Assembly: GCF_000332275.1 (NCBI RefSeq) | Contig: NZ_CM001776.1 | Coordinates: 2,096,789 to 2,128,788 of the forward strand | DNA: 32,000 nucleotides | DNA from: Synechococcus sp. PCC 7336 | GTDB lineage: Bacteria > Cyanobacteriota > Cyanobacteriia > Thermostichales > PCC-7336 | Direction of reading: 5' to 3' | In this document: positions 1 to 7,544 of the stretch, piece after piece | Layout of the letters: each line of letters starts with the position of its first letter | How positions within the stretch are numbered: the first letter of the stretch is position 1 | Translations under genes and position numbers: made by a program | The notes under the pieces: generated by a model | Told to the model about the DNA's origin: nothing | The model's database searches: none | Seen by the model: the letters and a program-made list of their open reading frames with translations, nothing else

Positions 1-822
1 CGCCCATTTCTGCAGCCGTTGTGGCAACAACACTTGATTCCACTGCACTAAAAAGAGAGCCGCCACCGTTATCCCTGCCAACAGTCCTATCCAACCGCCG
101 CGACTGAGGGTCATCACCAGACAGATGGCATTCATGCCGGTGGCCGCCACCGCAAACAGCTTCGAGCCCCAGCCCGACCAAGCCCAAGCCGCGATTAAAC
201 CAATCGGCACGATCGGAATGAGATAGCCTGCCAATAGGTTGGGATTGTTGAGATGGCTGTAGACTCGCGTCGCCCCCGCTAGGGGAGAATTGGGATCGGT
301 CCAGGTGGCCAGTTCTTCAGCGCCATAGAAAAATTGGCGCAGGCCGTAAATACTCACCCACACACTTGTCAATAACAGGACGGCAATCAGCCAATTGCGA
401 TAGCGCGGATTCTGCATGGTGCGATGGAGCAGCAGAAATCCCAGCAGGTAGAGAGTGAGCTTAAGCCAACCTTCGAATGCTTGGGCTTGAACTGGGGAAA
501 AGGCCATAGCAAAGGTGGCAACGGCCCAGTACACCCCAATAGGAAGGTGCAAGGGGGAGGGGATAGGAGGTAACAGCAGCCATTGCAACCCCACCAGCAC
601 TGCCATCCCCAGCAATAACAGACCCAGCGGACCGGTGGAGGGTTGGGCAGACAACATTAAATATAGGGCTGCCAAGGCCACACTCATGGGTTCCAGCCAG
701 CGACCCAATAGACTGACTTGGCCCCAGAGCTGAAACCGTCCGGCCAGTTGGCCCAATTGACTGCCCTGCCACCATTGCAGAGCCGGGTATTGCCAGGGCA
801 TCCAGGGAGTCCACGCTGCCAT
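1..822 (-). CDS. ictB: IctB-family putative bicarbonate transporter / O-antigen-ligase-like polytopic membrane protein (N-terminal ~274 codons; the C-terminus lies beyond the left window edge)
   Basis: Absent from the ORF track because it runs off the edge. My own minus-strand translation from the ATG (complement of 820-822) gives MAAWTPWMPWQYPALQWW...YGLRQFFYGAEELATWTDPNS...RVYSHLNNPNLLAGYLIP...TLSRGGWIGLL, with no stop down to position 1. These motifs match my recollection of Synechococcus IctB (GVEELATWVDRNS, RVYSYLGNPNLLAAYL, YSRGGW). Confidence 0.75.
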   Translation of the reverse strand, partial: MAAWTPWMPWQYPALQWWQGSQLGQLAGRFQLWGQVSLLGRWLEPMSVALAALYLMLSAQPSTGPLGLLLLGMAVLVGLQWLLLPPIPSPLHLPIGVYWAVATFAMAFSPVQAQAFEGWLKLTLYLLGFLLLHRTMQNPRYRNWLIAVLLLTSVWVSIYGLRQFFYGAEELATWTDPNSPLAGATRVYSHLNNPNLLAGYLIPIVPIGLIAAWAWSGWGSKLFAVAATGMNAICLVMTLSRGGWIGLLAGITVAALFLVQWNQVLLPQRLQKWA

Positions 823-1256
823 CTCATCACCTCGCGAATCAGATTCAGCCTAGCCTGCGATCGCCTCGCTTCCCACTCGGCCAGCAGGCGATCGCGATTC
901 TTCGAGACTGCGTTAGCAGGTAGTTTGCCATCGATCGCGAGCAATCTGCATATCGGTTGCCAGAATCAGAATATGCAGGGAATGGCAATGCGGAGAGTGG
1001 AGGGAGGTTGATAGCATGAATGCAGGATTGAAGCGATCTGACATCGTTGAATCCAAGGAGAGTCGAACAGTCCCCTGTGGCCTGACGCTCGTTTGGACAG
1101 AGATGTTAGGACCTTCCATCCCGCCGCAGAATTACTGAATTCGACGGCAAAAACTTACAGAAAGATATTCGTGATAGACTAAAATTATACGAAGTCTGTC
1201 TCTTCCCAAGCACTAACACCGCAATACAAGCCTGACTTACCCGATTGGAGTTTTTG

Positions 1257-1616
1257 ATGTTTAACCTGCGATCGCTACTCGCAACCGTCGCTATTGCAGC
1301 CACCGCACTCGCCGGCATTGCTCTCGAAGCTAACGCCCAAAGATCGCTCTGGCTATACAACGGCGGTTCCACCACAGTTGAAGGATATTTCAATGCTGGC
1401 GAATCGATTTATGGCACTTGCGATGGCGACTGTTTCGACCTAGACCTATTTCTCTACGATGCGAATGGAAATGCGATCGGCAGCGATACGGCTACAGATG
1501 CATTTCCAATTGTGACCGCTCCTGCTGAGGGGTATTACACCGTTGAAGTGACGATGCCTGACTGCAGCCATCCTCAGGGATGTGCGGTGGAAGTAACCTC
1601 CGATTTCGGCTTCTAG
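1257..1616 (+). CDS. Small secreted protein with a pre-peptidase C-terminal (PPC)-like beta domain
   Basis: The track ORF starts at a TTG (1245). An ATG at 1257 sits 6 nt after GGAG (1247-1250). Signal peptide MFNLRSLLATVAIAATALAGIALEANA|Q with an AxA cleavage site. The mature part has DLDLFLYDANGNAIGSD...EGYYTVEV, which resembles the PPC-domain signature, plus 4 Cys. Confidence 0.6.
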   Translation: MFNLRSLLATVAIAATALAGIALEANAQRSLWLYNGGSTTVEGYFNAGESIYGTCDGDCFDLDLFLYDANGNAIGSDTATDAFPIVTAPAEGYYTVEVTMPDCSHPQGCAVEVTSDFGF

Positions 1617-1652
1617 ATTCCATTCGGGGCTCAACTGGAGTTGGTTAAGGGC

Positions 1653-3617
1653 TCAGATCGATCCAGTCTGCTGTAAGTAATAGTGGAATCGCTGTTCGAG
1701 CGGCTCGCGATCGATAGTCTGCGTCCAGTACTCCACCACTGTATGGCCAAATGCCCAGGCATTGCGGTCGGCAGTGGTGGAGTTGTTGGTGAGGAGGGGC
1801 CAGAGGACGAGCAGGTCGAAGGGGCGATCGCCCGAGTTGTCCAGTAAAGCGAACAGTTCGTAAGCCATCTGCAGTTTGCCGAGCATAACGGGTAACTGTT
1901 CGACTGGAATTTTCTGGGCTAGAGCGACGGCCAGAGCAGTGGAACCCGTAGCGAGGGTGGAGACAAACTGCAGCACCGGACTTTTGAGCAGCTCGGTTAA
2001 CCCCTGCGAGGTGGACATCTGGAAGGTATAGCGATCGATAATTTGGGCTGCCGCCACGATACGGGCATCTCGATCGCGCAGAAATCGGGCCATGCGCGAC
2101 TGCTTGGCAGGTTCGAGGGTTTGGAGCAGAGCCAGCGAGAGGGCATCGATGCCCCAGCTCTCTCGTCCGACAGTACGATCGCCGTTAACCACAGGCAACA
2201 GCAGCGTACAAAACTCCCCCAGTAATTCAGCCCGATAGTCAATCGCTCCCTTGATATTGAGCTCTTTGGGGCGATCGCCCAACTGCCAGTCATAGGGAGG
2301 CGACCATTCCCGTAACGGACGCAAGCGATCCACTTGGGTAACAGCCACGATCGCAGGCAGATCGGGAATTTCCGCTCGAATCTCCTTCAGCAGGTCGATA
2401 TCCATTTGTAGAGACGGATCGAGGGCGGGAGTCACCAACACCACTGCATCGACTTGGCGGGCAAACTCCAGTACCAACTGCCGCAGGTCATCCCGCTCCA
2501 CCTGCTCGTACCCCGGACTATCCCACAACAGCAGTGTTTCTCCGCTATCGGCCTGCCATCGATAACTGCGCGTGGCTTCTGTGCTGGGCAACAGATCGAC
2601 AACGGCTCGCTCTGCCTGAAAGACTGAATTCACAAGGCTGCTCTTGCCCGCCCCCGTCCGCCCCACTAGCAAGAGATTGACAGGCTTTTGGGCGATCGCC
2701 TCCACCGGTTCTGCTGCCTCCAAAATGGCTTGCAAGGTTTGGGTGTCAGTATCTTGCGACGGAGAGGGTGGGGCAATCTCCACTGGCTGAATCGCACTAC
2801 TGCCGCTGTAGAGGGCGATCGCCTGTCGGTATAGATTCCTCAGGGCAGCCTCTCGCAGGACTTGGCTCAAATTGGCTGCCAGTTGCTCGTTGGCCCGGTC
2901 TGTAGAGTTTCGTCCCAACCAGCGAGCCAGCGCTGCTGCGGGGTTGAGTAACCATTGGGCGACGTTCAACACTTGCCGGAGGCGGCGAGCTGCAGGTTCT
3001 AACTGTTGGTAGAGCTCGTAGCCGCGATAGACCTGACCGACGGTGACGCGGTTGAGGACGGGGGACAATTGCTCGATCCAGCGATCCAAATCGTCCACAG
3101 TACCTCGTACCAGACCGTAAGCCTGCGTGACATAAATATTGAGCAGCGGATATTTGGCCTCTGGATGATAAATCTGCGCGATCGCCGTGACTAAATCCTG
3201 GCAGCGCTGCCAAAATGTCGTCCAATCCAGCCAAAAGGGCAAGTCCTCCCGTGCTGCCTGCAATATTGTCTGCAATTGCGCCTCTGCCTGTCGAGCAGTC
3301 TCTGCATCCCCTGCAACCCCTACCGCCACCGACGCCTCCAGTTCCTGCTCTAGTGCCGCTAATGTTTCCTCTCCCCAGTGGGTTGCCTCTTCTGCGGGCC
3401 GAGTCCACTGCACCAACAACCACCGCCAGCCCAAGAAGACAACGACAAAGACAGCCCAAATCCAGTTCAATCTCCAGGTGTGAATTTGCCACCCGGCCGC
3501 CACGCCAATCAAGGCGATCGCCGCCAGCATCGGCGCGACTAAAACGCCCCATTGCCACCACCGCAAGAGTTTATTTTCAGATTGCTTACTGGTGAGTTGC
3601 GCACGATTGGATTGCAC
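1653..3617 (-). CDS. Membrane-anchored P-loop GTPase (MMR_HSR1/YfjP-like GTP-binding domain with long helical flanks)
   Basis: 654-aa ORF. N-terminal hydrophobic helices (WWQWGVLVAPMLAAIALIGVAAGW, IWAVFVVVFLGWRWLLV). Walker A LLLVGRTGAGKSSLVNSVF, G3 LWDSPG, G4-like TQVD. GTG start (complement of 3615-3617), 8 nt after an AAGGAAG SD that abuts the upstream stop codon. Confidence 0.75.
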   Translation of the reverse strand: MQSNRAQLTSKQSENKLLRWWQWGVLVAPMLAAIALIGVAAGWQIHTWRLNWIWAVFVVVFLGWRWLLVQWTRPAEEATHWGEETLAALEQELEASVAVGVAGDAETARQAEAQLQTILQAAREDLPFWLDWTTFWQRCQDLVTAIAQIYHPEAKYPLLNIYVTQAYGLVRGTVDDLDRWIEQLSPVLNRVTVGQVYRGYELYQQLEPAARRLRQVLNVAQWLLNPAAALARWLGRNSTDRANEQLAANLSQVLREAALRNLYRQAIALYSGSSAIQPVEIAPPSPSQDTDTQTLQAILEAAEPVEAIAQKPVNLLLVGRTGAGKSSLVNSVFQAERAVVDLLPSTEATRSYRWQADSGETLLLWDSPGYEQVERDDLRQLVLEFARQVDAVVLVTPALDPSLQMDIDLLKEIRAEIPDLPAIVAVTQVDRLRPLREWSPPYDWQLGDRPKELNIKGAIDYRAELLGEFCTLLLPVVNGDRTVGRESWGIDALSLALLQTLEPAKQSRMARFLRDRDARIVAAAQIIDRYTFQMSTSQGLTELLKSPVLQFVSTLATGSTALAVALAQKIPVEQLPVMLGKLQMAYELFALLDNSGDRPFDLLVLWPLLTNNSTTADRNAWAFGHTVVEYWTQTIDREPLEQRFHYYLQQTGSI

Positions 3618-3632
3618 GATGGCAGCTTCCTT

Positions 3633-4961
3633 TCAGCTTTTCTTTGGCGATCGCTGTCGCTTCACGACTCTGAACCCTTCTGCCTTACTTTGAGTGAGTT
3701 CCTCTTTCTTTTGTAAGGCTGGCTGGATGACTTCGTCGAGGTTCTCGATCAAATCGTCTTTATCGAAGTAGGGAAATACATCCAAAACCCAGTTGTACTT
3801 TTGCTGCAGGTCTCTGAACATGGCGAAGGGGAGTTCGCCATCCTGCAGAATGGGAGCGAACGGAATCATGTAGTCCGGCACTGTGGCCTGCAGTTCTAGG
3901 GGCGTGGATTTGGGGTTGGTGATGTCGGCAATGATGAAGGCACACATACCGGCTAAAGTTTTCACGGTTTCTGTAAAATCCCGCTCGGTTGGACGCTCGA
4001 AATCGAACACCATGGGTAAGTAGTCCTGTTGGCGCAGGTTATCTCGAATGGCGTCGAGAATTTCTTTCCGGCCTTCTCCCGTGAACCGACCCAGGATTAA
4101 AACCCCCTTTTGGCCAACGGTGGTGAGGACATTGCGAATCTTTTGGTTATTCAAAATTAAGTAAACAAACTGAGCCACCTCTAGATCGTCAACAGTAATC
4201 TCGGCTTCGTCCTTGCGATTGATAATCAAGCTTCTCTGTTCGGTGCCTTCCAGGTTTAAGTTCCAAGCAGATATCCCATAAATTCTGCAGTTGTGTAATT
4301 TCGTATTTTCGAGATGGGTTTCGACGAGGTGGGCCTTACTGAGATCGGTGCCGCTCAAGTCGGTTTTTTGCTCGCTAGTGCCACTCAGATCTGCGCCGGT
4401 TAGGTCGGCCCGGACTAACGATGTATTGCTAAAAATGGCTTGATTGAGCTGTGCCTCGCGCAGGTTGGCTTGATTGAACTGCGCGTCGCTGAGATTGGCC
4501 CCAATCAGGTTGGCTTGAAAGAGGTGAGCTCCGCCGAGATAGGCTTCACTCAGATTGGCCTGGTGGAGATTGGCCATGCTGAGGTCGGTTTCGCTGAGAA
4601 TGGCTTGACTGAGATCGGCTTGGCTGAGATCGGCTCCGCTCAAAATGGCCTGATGCAGATCGGCTTCGATCGCCGAGGCTTGGCGCAAGTCGGCTCCGGC
4701 GAGGTTGGCTTGGCAGAGGTCGGCTCCATTCAGTTGGATGGCTTGGAGGTTGGCCTGAAAGAGATTGGCCGCAGATAGGTCAGCTGCATTCAGATTGGCC
4801 TCGTGTAGGTCGGCTCCAGCGAGATTGGCTTTGTGGAGGTTGGCCTCGCTCAAGTCAGCCTGGGCTAGATCGATTGTGAGGATGGTGGGGTTTTTCAGTC
4901 TCCATTGATTCCATTCCTCGACCCCTTGCTGCAACCGCTCGACAGACTCCAAATTGGCCAT
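3633..4961 (-). CDS. Pentapeptide-repeat protein with a non-repeat C-terminal alpha/beta domain of unassigned family
   Basis: Residues ~30-215 are uninterrupted A(D/N)LxX pentapeptide repeats (ADLSEANLHKANLAGADLHEANLNAADL...). Residues ~215-442 are non-repetitive, with a beta-alpha-beta pattern (GVLILGRF, YLPMVFDF, AFIIADITNPKSTPLELQ). ATG at 4961 is preceded by GAGGAA. Confidence 0.85.
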   Translation of the reverse strand: MANLESVERLQQGVEEWNQWRLKNPTILTIDLAQADLSEANLHKANLAGADLHEANLNAADLSAANLFQANLQAIQLNGADLCQANLAGADLRQASAIEADLHQAILSGADLSQADLSQAILSETDLSMANLHQANLSEAYLGGAHLFQANLIGANLSDAQFNQANLREAQLNQAIFSNTSLVRADLTGADLSGTSEQKTDLSGTDLSKAHLVETHLENTKLHNCRIYGISAWNLNLEGTEQRSLIINRKDEAEITVDDLEVAQFVYLILNNQKIRNVLTTVGQKGVLILGRFTGEGRKEILDAIRDNLRQQDYLPMVFDFERPTERDFTETVKTLAGMCAFIIADITNPKSTPLELQATVPDYMIPFAPILQDGELPFAMFRDLQQKYNWVLDVFPYFDKDDLIENLDEVIQPALQKKEELTQSKAEGFRVVKRQRSPKKS

Positions 4962-5031
4962 AAGTTTCCTCTCAGATCGCTGCGCGGAGTAATAGTCCCA
5001 ATATTCAAAAAATTAGCTCGTTTATACCGAC

Positions 5032-6135
5032 TTAATAGGCCCAGCGAGCTAATGCATAATTGCGTGTCACCGCTAAATTTAATCCCACCAGCAGCGCGAT
5101 CGCGCTATACCTCAACCACGCCGGCGTGCGACTGAGGCGATCGCCTAGCCAAAACCAGGCGGGGAAGAGTACGGCTCCATAGCGGAAGACGTTGACGAGT
5201 TCCCCCTGCAGCAACATGACGCCCATTGACACGAGCAGGTAGGCGGATAGGGGGGGTGAGGCTTTCCAAATAGCGATCGCCACTCCCACAACAACAAAAA
5301 ACACCGCGTGGTGCAGAATCGAGCCCAGTTCGGTATTCTGCCATTCATTGCCAAACCAAAAGGTTTTCAGAACGGACAGCAGTGATGTTGCTTGACTCCA
5401 CTCCGATTGCACGCTGACCGATTTGAGGGGATTGCCGGTTTCTAGGTATTGGTAGAGGATGTAGCTCAATCCGAAAGGGGTGGCGATCGCGCACAGAGTG
5501 ATAACTCGCTGAAGGCGACTGCGCAGTGTTTTTAAATGCTGTGCTGCCAGATATGCAGCGATGGTGATGACAAATACTCCTTGGTTGCGGGTCAGGGTTG
5601 AAAGTCCTGCTAAGACGGCTGAGGGGAGCCACCGACCGGTTCGAGCTAGGTAAAGGGAACTGAAGGATAGGGCTAAAAAGAGAGATTCTGTGTGGTTGGT
5701 GTGGAAGGCAAAGCTGGCGGGGGAAAAGGCGAAAAATAGCCAGCCGAGACGGGTTTTGGGGTGCCAGAGGCTTGCTTCTGTTAGGGATAGATTGGGGCGT
5801 TGGGCGATCGCTGTAATTCCTGCAATCCAAGCGATGAAGATGGCTGATGACAGGATGGACCCGGCGATTTGAGGGACATTTTGTAGGCGAGTGAGGTGAG
5901 AAAATATTCCCAAGAGGGTGGGATAGAGAGGTAGGAAAGCCCAGTTGTTGACTGAATAGCCCTCTTTCACAATTTGGACGTAATGGCCTGAATCCCAGTT
6001 CCCCAGAATGGTTAGCCAGGTGAGATCGCTCGTGGCAGTGATGTAGCTCCACAGGGCGAAGTGGATGGTGAGTAGGGCAGCTACTGAGAGCCAAATAAAG
6101 CTGGGTTGGACTGAGGCTGGGGGGCGATCGGGCAT
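5032..6135 (-). CDS. Polytopic GT-C-type glycosyltransferase, PIG-V-like mannosyltransferase family
   Basis: 367 aa with many TM helices. The motif GNWDSGHYVQIVKEGYS...WAFLPLYPTLLG matches the WDSxxY...GY...AFFPLYP signature of bacterial PIG-V-like mannosyltransferases. Confidence 0.7.
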   Translation of the reverse strand: MPDRPPASVQPSFIWLSVAALLTIHFALWSYITATSDLTWLTILGNWDSGHYVQIVKEGYSVNNWAFLPLYPTLLGIFSHLTRLQNVPQIAGSILSSAIFIAWIAGITAIAQRPNLSLTEASLWHPKTRLGWLFFAFSPASFAFHTNHTESLFLALSFSSLYLARTGRWLPSAVLAGLSTLTRNQGVFVITIAAYLAAQHLKTLRSRLQRVITLCAIATPFGLSYILYQYLETGNPLKSVSVQSEWSQATSLLSVLKTFWFGNEWQNTELGSILHHAVFFVVVGVAIAIWKASPPLSAYLLVSMGVMLLQGELVNVFRYGAVLFPAWFWLGDRLSRTPAWLRYSAIALLVGLNLAVTRNYALARWAY

Positions 6136-6260
6136 GGGTTGCGCTGGGCCATTGTATCGATCGCACTGTAGCGCTGGGGGGATGTTAGTGCTAGTAGAGG
6201 TCGGCTCGCTTGTCGATCCGGGTCACTGCATTTCTATGCTCCATATCGAGGTTAGTCGCT

Positions 6261-6289
6261 TTGACGCTTTGACGTTATGATGCTATGAC
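6261..6289 (+). promoter_or_regulatory. Candidate sigma70-type promoter/operator of the toxin-antitoxin operon
   Basis: TTGACG (6261-6266), 17-nt spacer, TATGAC (6284-6289). The region also holds tandem CTTTGACG x2, duplicated TATGA, and the inverted repeat TGATG-n6-CATCA, ending ~28 nt before the antitoxin ATG. The -10 element is imperfect. Confidence 0.3.
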
Positions 6290-6317
6290 ATCAAACTCGT
6301 TATTTGAGGAGGTCTGT

Positions 6318-6551
6318 ATGACCGAGCCGTCGAAGCGTTCTACCATTTACTTCGATCCAGAACTGCATAAGGCTTTGCGCCTTAAAGCGGCATCTACCCA
6401 CCGGTCGGTATCCGATCTGGTGAATGAGGCGGTTCGCCAATCCTTGCAAGAGGATCGAGACGATCTCGCCGCCTTTGATGAGCGAGGTGCCGAGCCTACG
6501 ATGACCTATGAAGAGTTGCTGAGCGACCTGAAAGCACATGGCAAACTTTAA
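6318..6551 (+). CDS. Ribbon-helix-helix (CopG-like) antitoxin
   Basis: ATG at 6318 lies 5 nt after GAGGAGG (6306-6312). KRSTIYFDPELHKALRLKAASTHRSVSDLVNEAVRQSL is a typical RHH strand-helix-helix pattern. It overlaps the toxin gene by 14 nt. Confidence 0.8.
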   Translation: MTEPSKRSTIYFDPELHKALRLKAASTHRSVSDLVNEAVRQSLQEDRDDLAAFDERGAEPTMTYEELLSDLKAHGKL

Positions 6552-6801
6552 GGTCATCTTCAAGCAGTCTGTTGCAAAGGACCTTCGCCGTATTCCCAAC
6601 AAGGATATTGCTAGAATTCTGAACCGTATAGAGGGGCTTGCTGTCGAACCTCGACCTCCGGGGGTAGAAAAACTCTCTGCTCAAGAGAGGTATCGAATTC
6701 GGCAAGGTGTTTATCGGATCGTTTATGAGATTGTGGACGAGGAGGCGATCGTCGCGATCGTTAAGATTGGTCACAGGCGCGATGTATATAGAAGCAAATA
6801 A
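6538..6801 (+). CDS. RelE/ParE-family type II toxin (mRNA interferase)
   Basis: 87 aa. FKQSVAKDLRRIPNKDIARILNRIEGLAVEPRPPGVEKL...YRIRQGVYRIVYEIVDEEAIVAIVKIGHRRDVY is a classic RelE/ParE layout. Its start overlaps the antitoxin 3' end. Confidence 0.85.
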   Translation: MANFKVIFKQSVAKDLRRIPNKDIARILNRIEGLAVEPRPPGVEKLSAQERYRIRQGVYRIVYEIVDEEAIVAIVKIGHRRDVYRSK

Positions 6802-7042
6802 CAATAGCTTCAACTCGAACTGACTTTCCCGAGAGCGCTCCAAAGCCGATCGATTAAGCTGAGCGTTAGGCAGAAGGGACGGACCGATCCGCGTTCAATT
6901 GTTGGAGACTTTGTATCGTGGTGCAATACTTTCGCGAGTCAGGATTCAGGCTGAAAAAAACTCTTGAGGTGGCGCAGGTGAGCTATAGCATCGACACAGG
7001 CTCCTCGATCGGATTTTATCCATCATGACCTCCGGGGTACTC

Positions 7043-7068
7043 CCGCCAGAACGCAGAGCGTTTGGCGG
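7043..7068 (+). repeat. Left-end (LE) subterminal imperfect hairpin of the IS
   Basis: CCGCCAGAACGC-AGA-GCGTT(-)TGGCGG has one bulge. It shares the foot CCGC(C/T)A...T(G/A)GCGG and the 3' flank TGAG with the right-end hairpin. Confidence 0.55.
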
Positions 7069-7085
7069 TGAGGGGGATAGGAGTG

Positions 7086-7118
7086 CTCAGTCGGTGGGTT
7101 CAACGCCCACCGACTGAG
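7086..7118. other. Perfect 13-bp stem / 7-nt loop hairpin overlapping the tnpA stop codon
   Basis: CTCAGTCGGTGGG-TTCAACG-CCCACCGACTGAG, verified base by base. It may terminate tnpA or block read-through into the IS. No U-run follows on either strand. Confidence 0.6.
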
Positions 7119-7518
7119 CAGGAGAGTTTTGTTGCTCAACATACTGCTTAATCTGTTCAAGAGTAACGCCTCCTGTTGAGGCGATAAAGTATGTACCAGT
7201 CCAAAAGACCGGCTTTTGGAAGAACTGTGCGACCCGTTCAGGAAACTGTTTACGAATCAACCGACTCGATACCGTTTTGAGGTTGTTGACCAGCTTACTA
7301 AGCGCTACATCAGGCGGGAACTCAATCAGCAGATGAACGCGATCTACCTCACCGTTGAACTCGACTAGAGTGCAATTCCACTTTTGACAGGTCTGCTCAA
7401 AGATCTCTTTCAGCCTGCTCAGCATCTCCTGATTGATGACTCTGGCCCTGTACTTTGTCACGAGCACTAAATGAATATTTAGATCGTAAACGTTTCTGTA
7501 GCCTCGTTTTAATGACAT
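7087..7518 (-). CDS. tnpA: IS200/IS605-family Y1 (HUH) transposase TnpA
   Basis: 143 aa. HUH motif in NIHLVLVTKYR, with the catalytic-Tyr region TLEQIKQYVEQQ near the C-terminus. Size and layout are typical. Confidence 0.9.
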   Translation of the reverse strand: MSLKRGYRNVYDLNIHLVLVTKYRARVINQEMLSRLKEIFEQTCQKWNCTLVEFNGEVDRVHLLIEFPPDVALSKLVNNLKTVSSRLIRKQFPERVAQFFQKPVFWTGTYFIASTGGVTLEQIKQYVEQQNSPAQSVGVEPTD

Positions 7519-7538
7519 AGCGCTAAGCGAGGTATAAT
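7509..7538 (+). promoter_or_regulatory. Candidate promoter giving a leaderless or near-leaderless tnpB mRNA
   Basis: A perfect TATAAT at 7533-7538 ends 6 nt before the tnpB ATG (7545), with a weak -35 TTAATG at 7509-7514 (18-nt spacer). No SD fits in the 26-nt tnpA-tnpB gap. The complement, TATTAT, could serve tnpA. Confidence 0.35.
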
Positions 7539-7544
7539 ACGCCT

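Noticed and set aside
461-1011. Track ORFs 461-814(-), 515-733(+), 684-944(-) and 718-1011(+).
   Set aside because: These are alternative frames of, or antisense to, the ictB coding region, whose true frame is open to the window edge and has clear homology motifs.
2797-3595. Long alternative-frame ORFs inside the GTPase gene (254 aa minus strand; 98 and 126 aa plus strand).
   Set aside because: They have R/G/P/A-rich low-complexity translations, typical of off-frame reading in GC-rich coding DNA. The GTPase frame has real motifs.
4440-4778. 112-aa plus-strand ORF with a repetitive (E/Q)IG(L/F) pattern.
   Set aside because: It is the mirror image of the 15-nt periodicity of the minus-strand pentapeptide-repeat gene and has no start context.
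5345-6166. 273-aa ORF overlapping the PIG-V-like gene.
   Set aside because: It is off-frame and P/S/R-rich, with no TM or domain signature.
7091-7113. tRNA-like T-arm (GTGGG-TTCAACG-CCCAC).
   Set aside because: It is the tip of a 13-bp perfect hairpin inside the IS. No acceptor, D or anticodon arms can be drawn around it.
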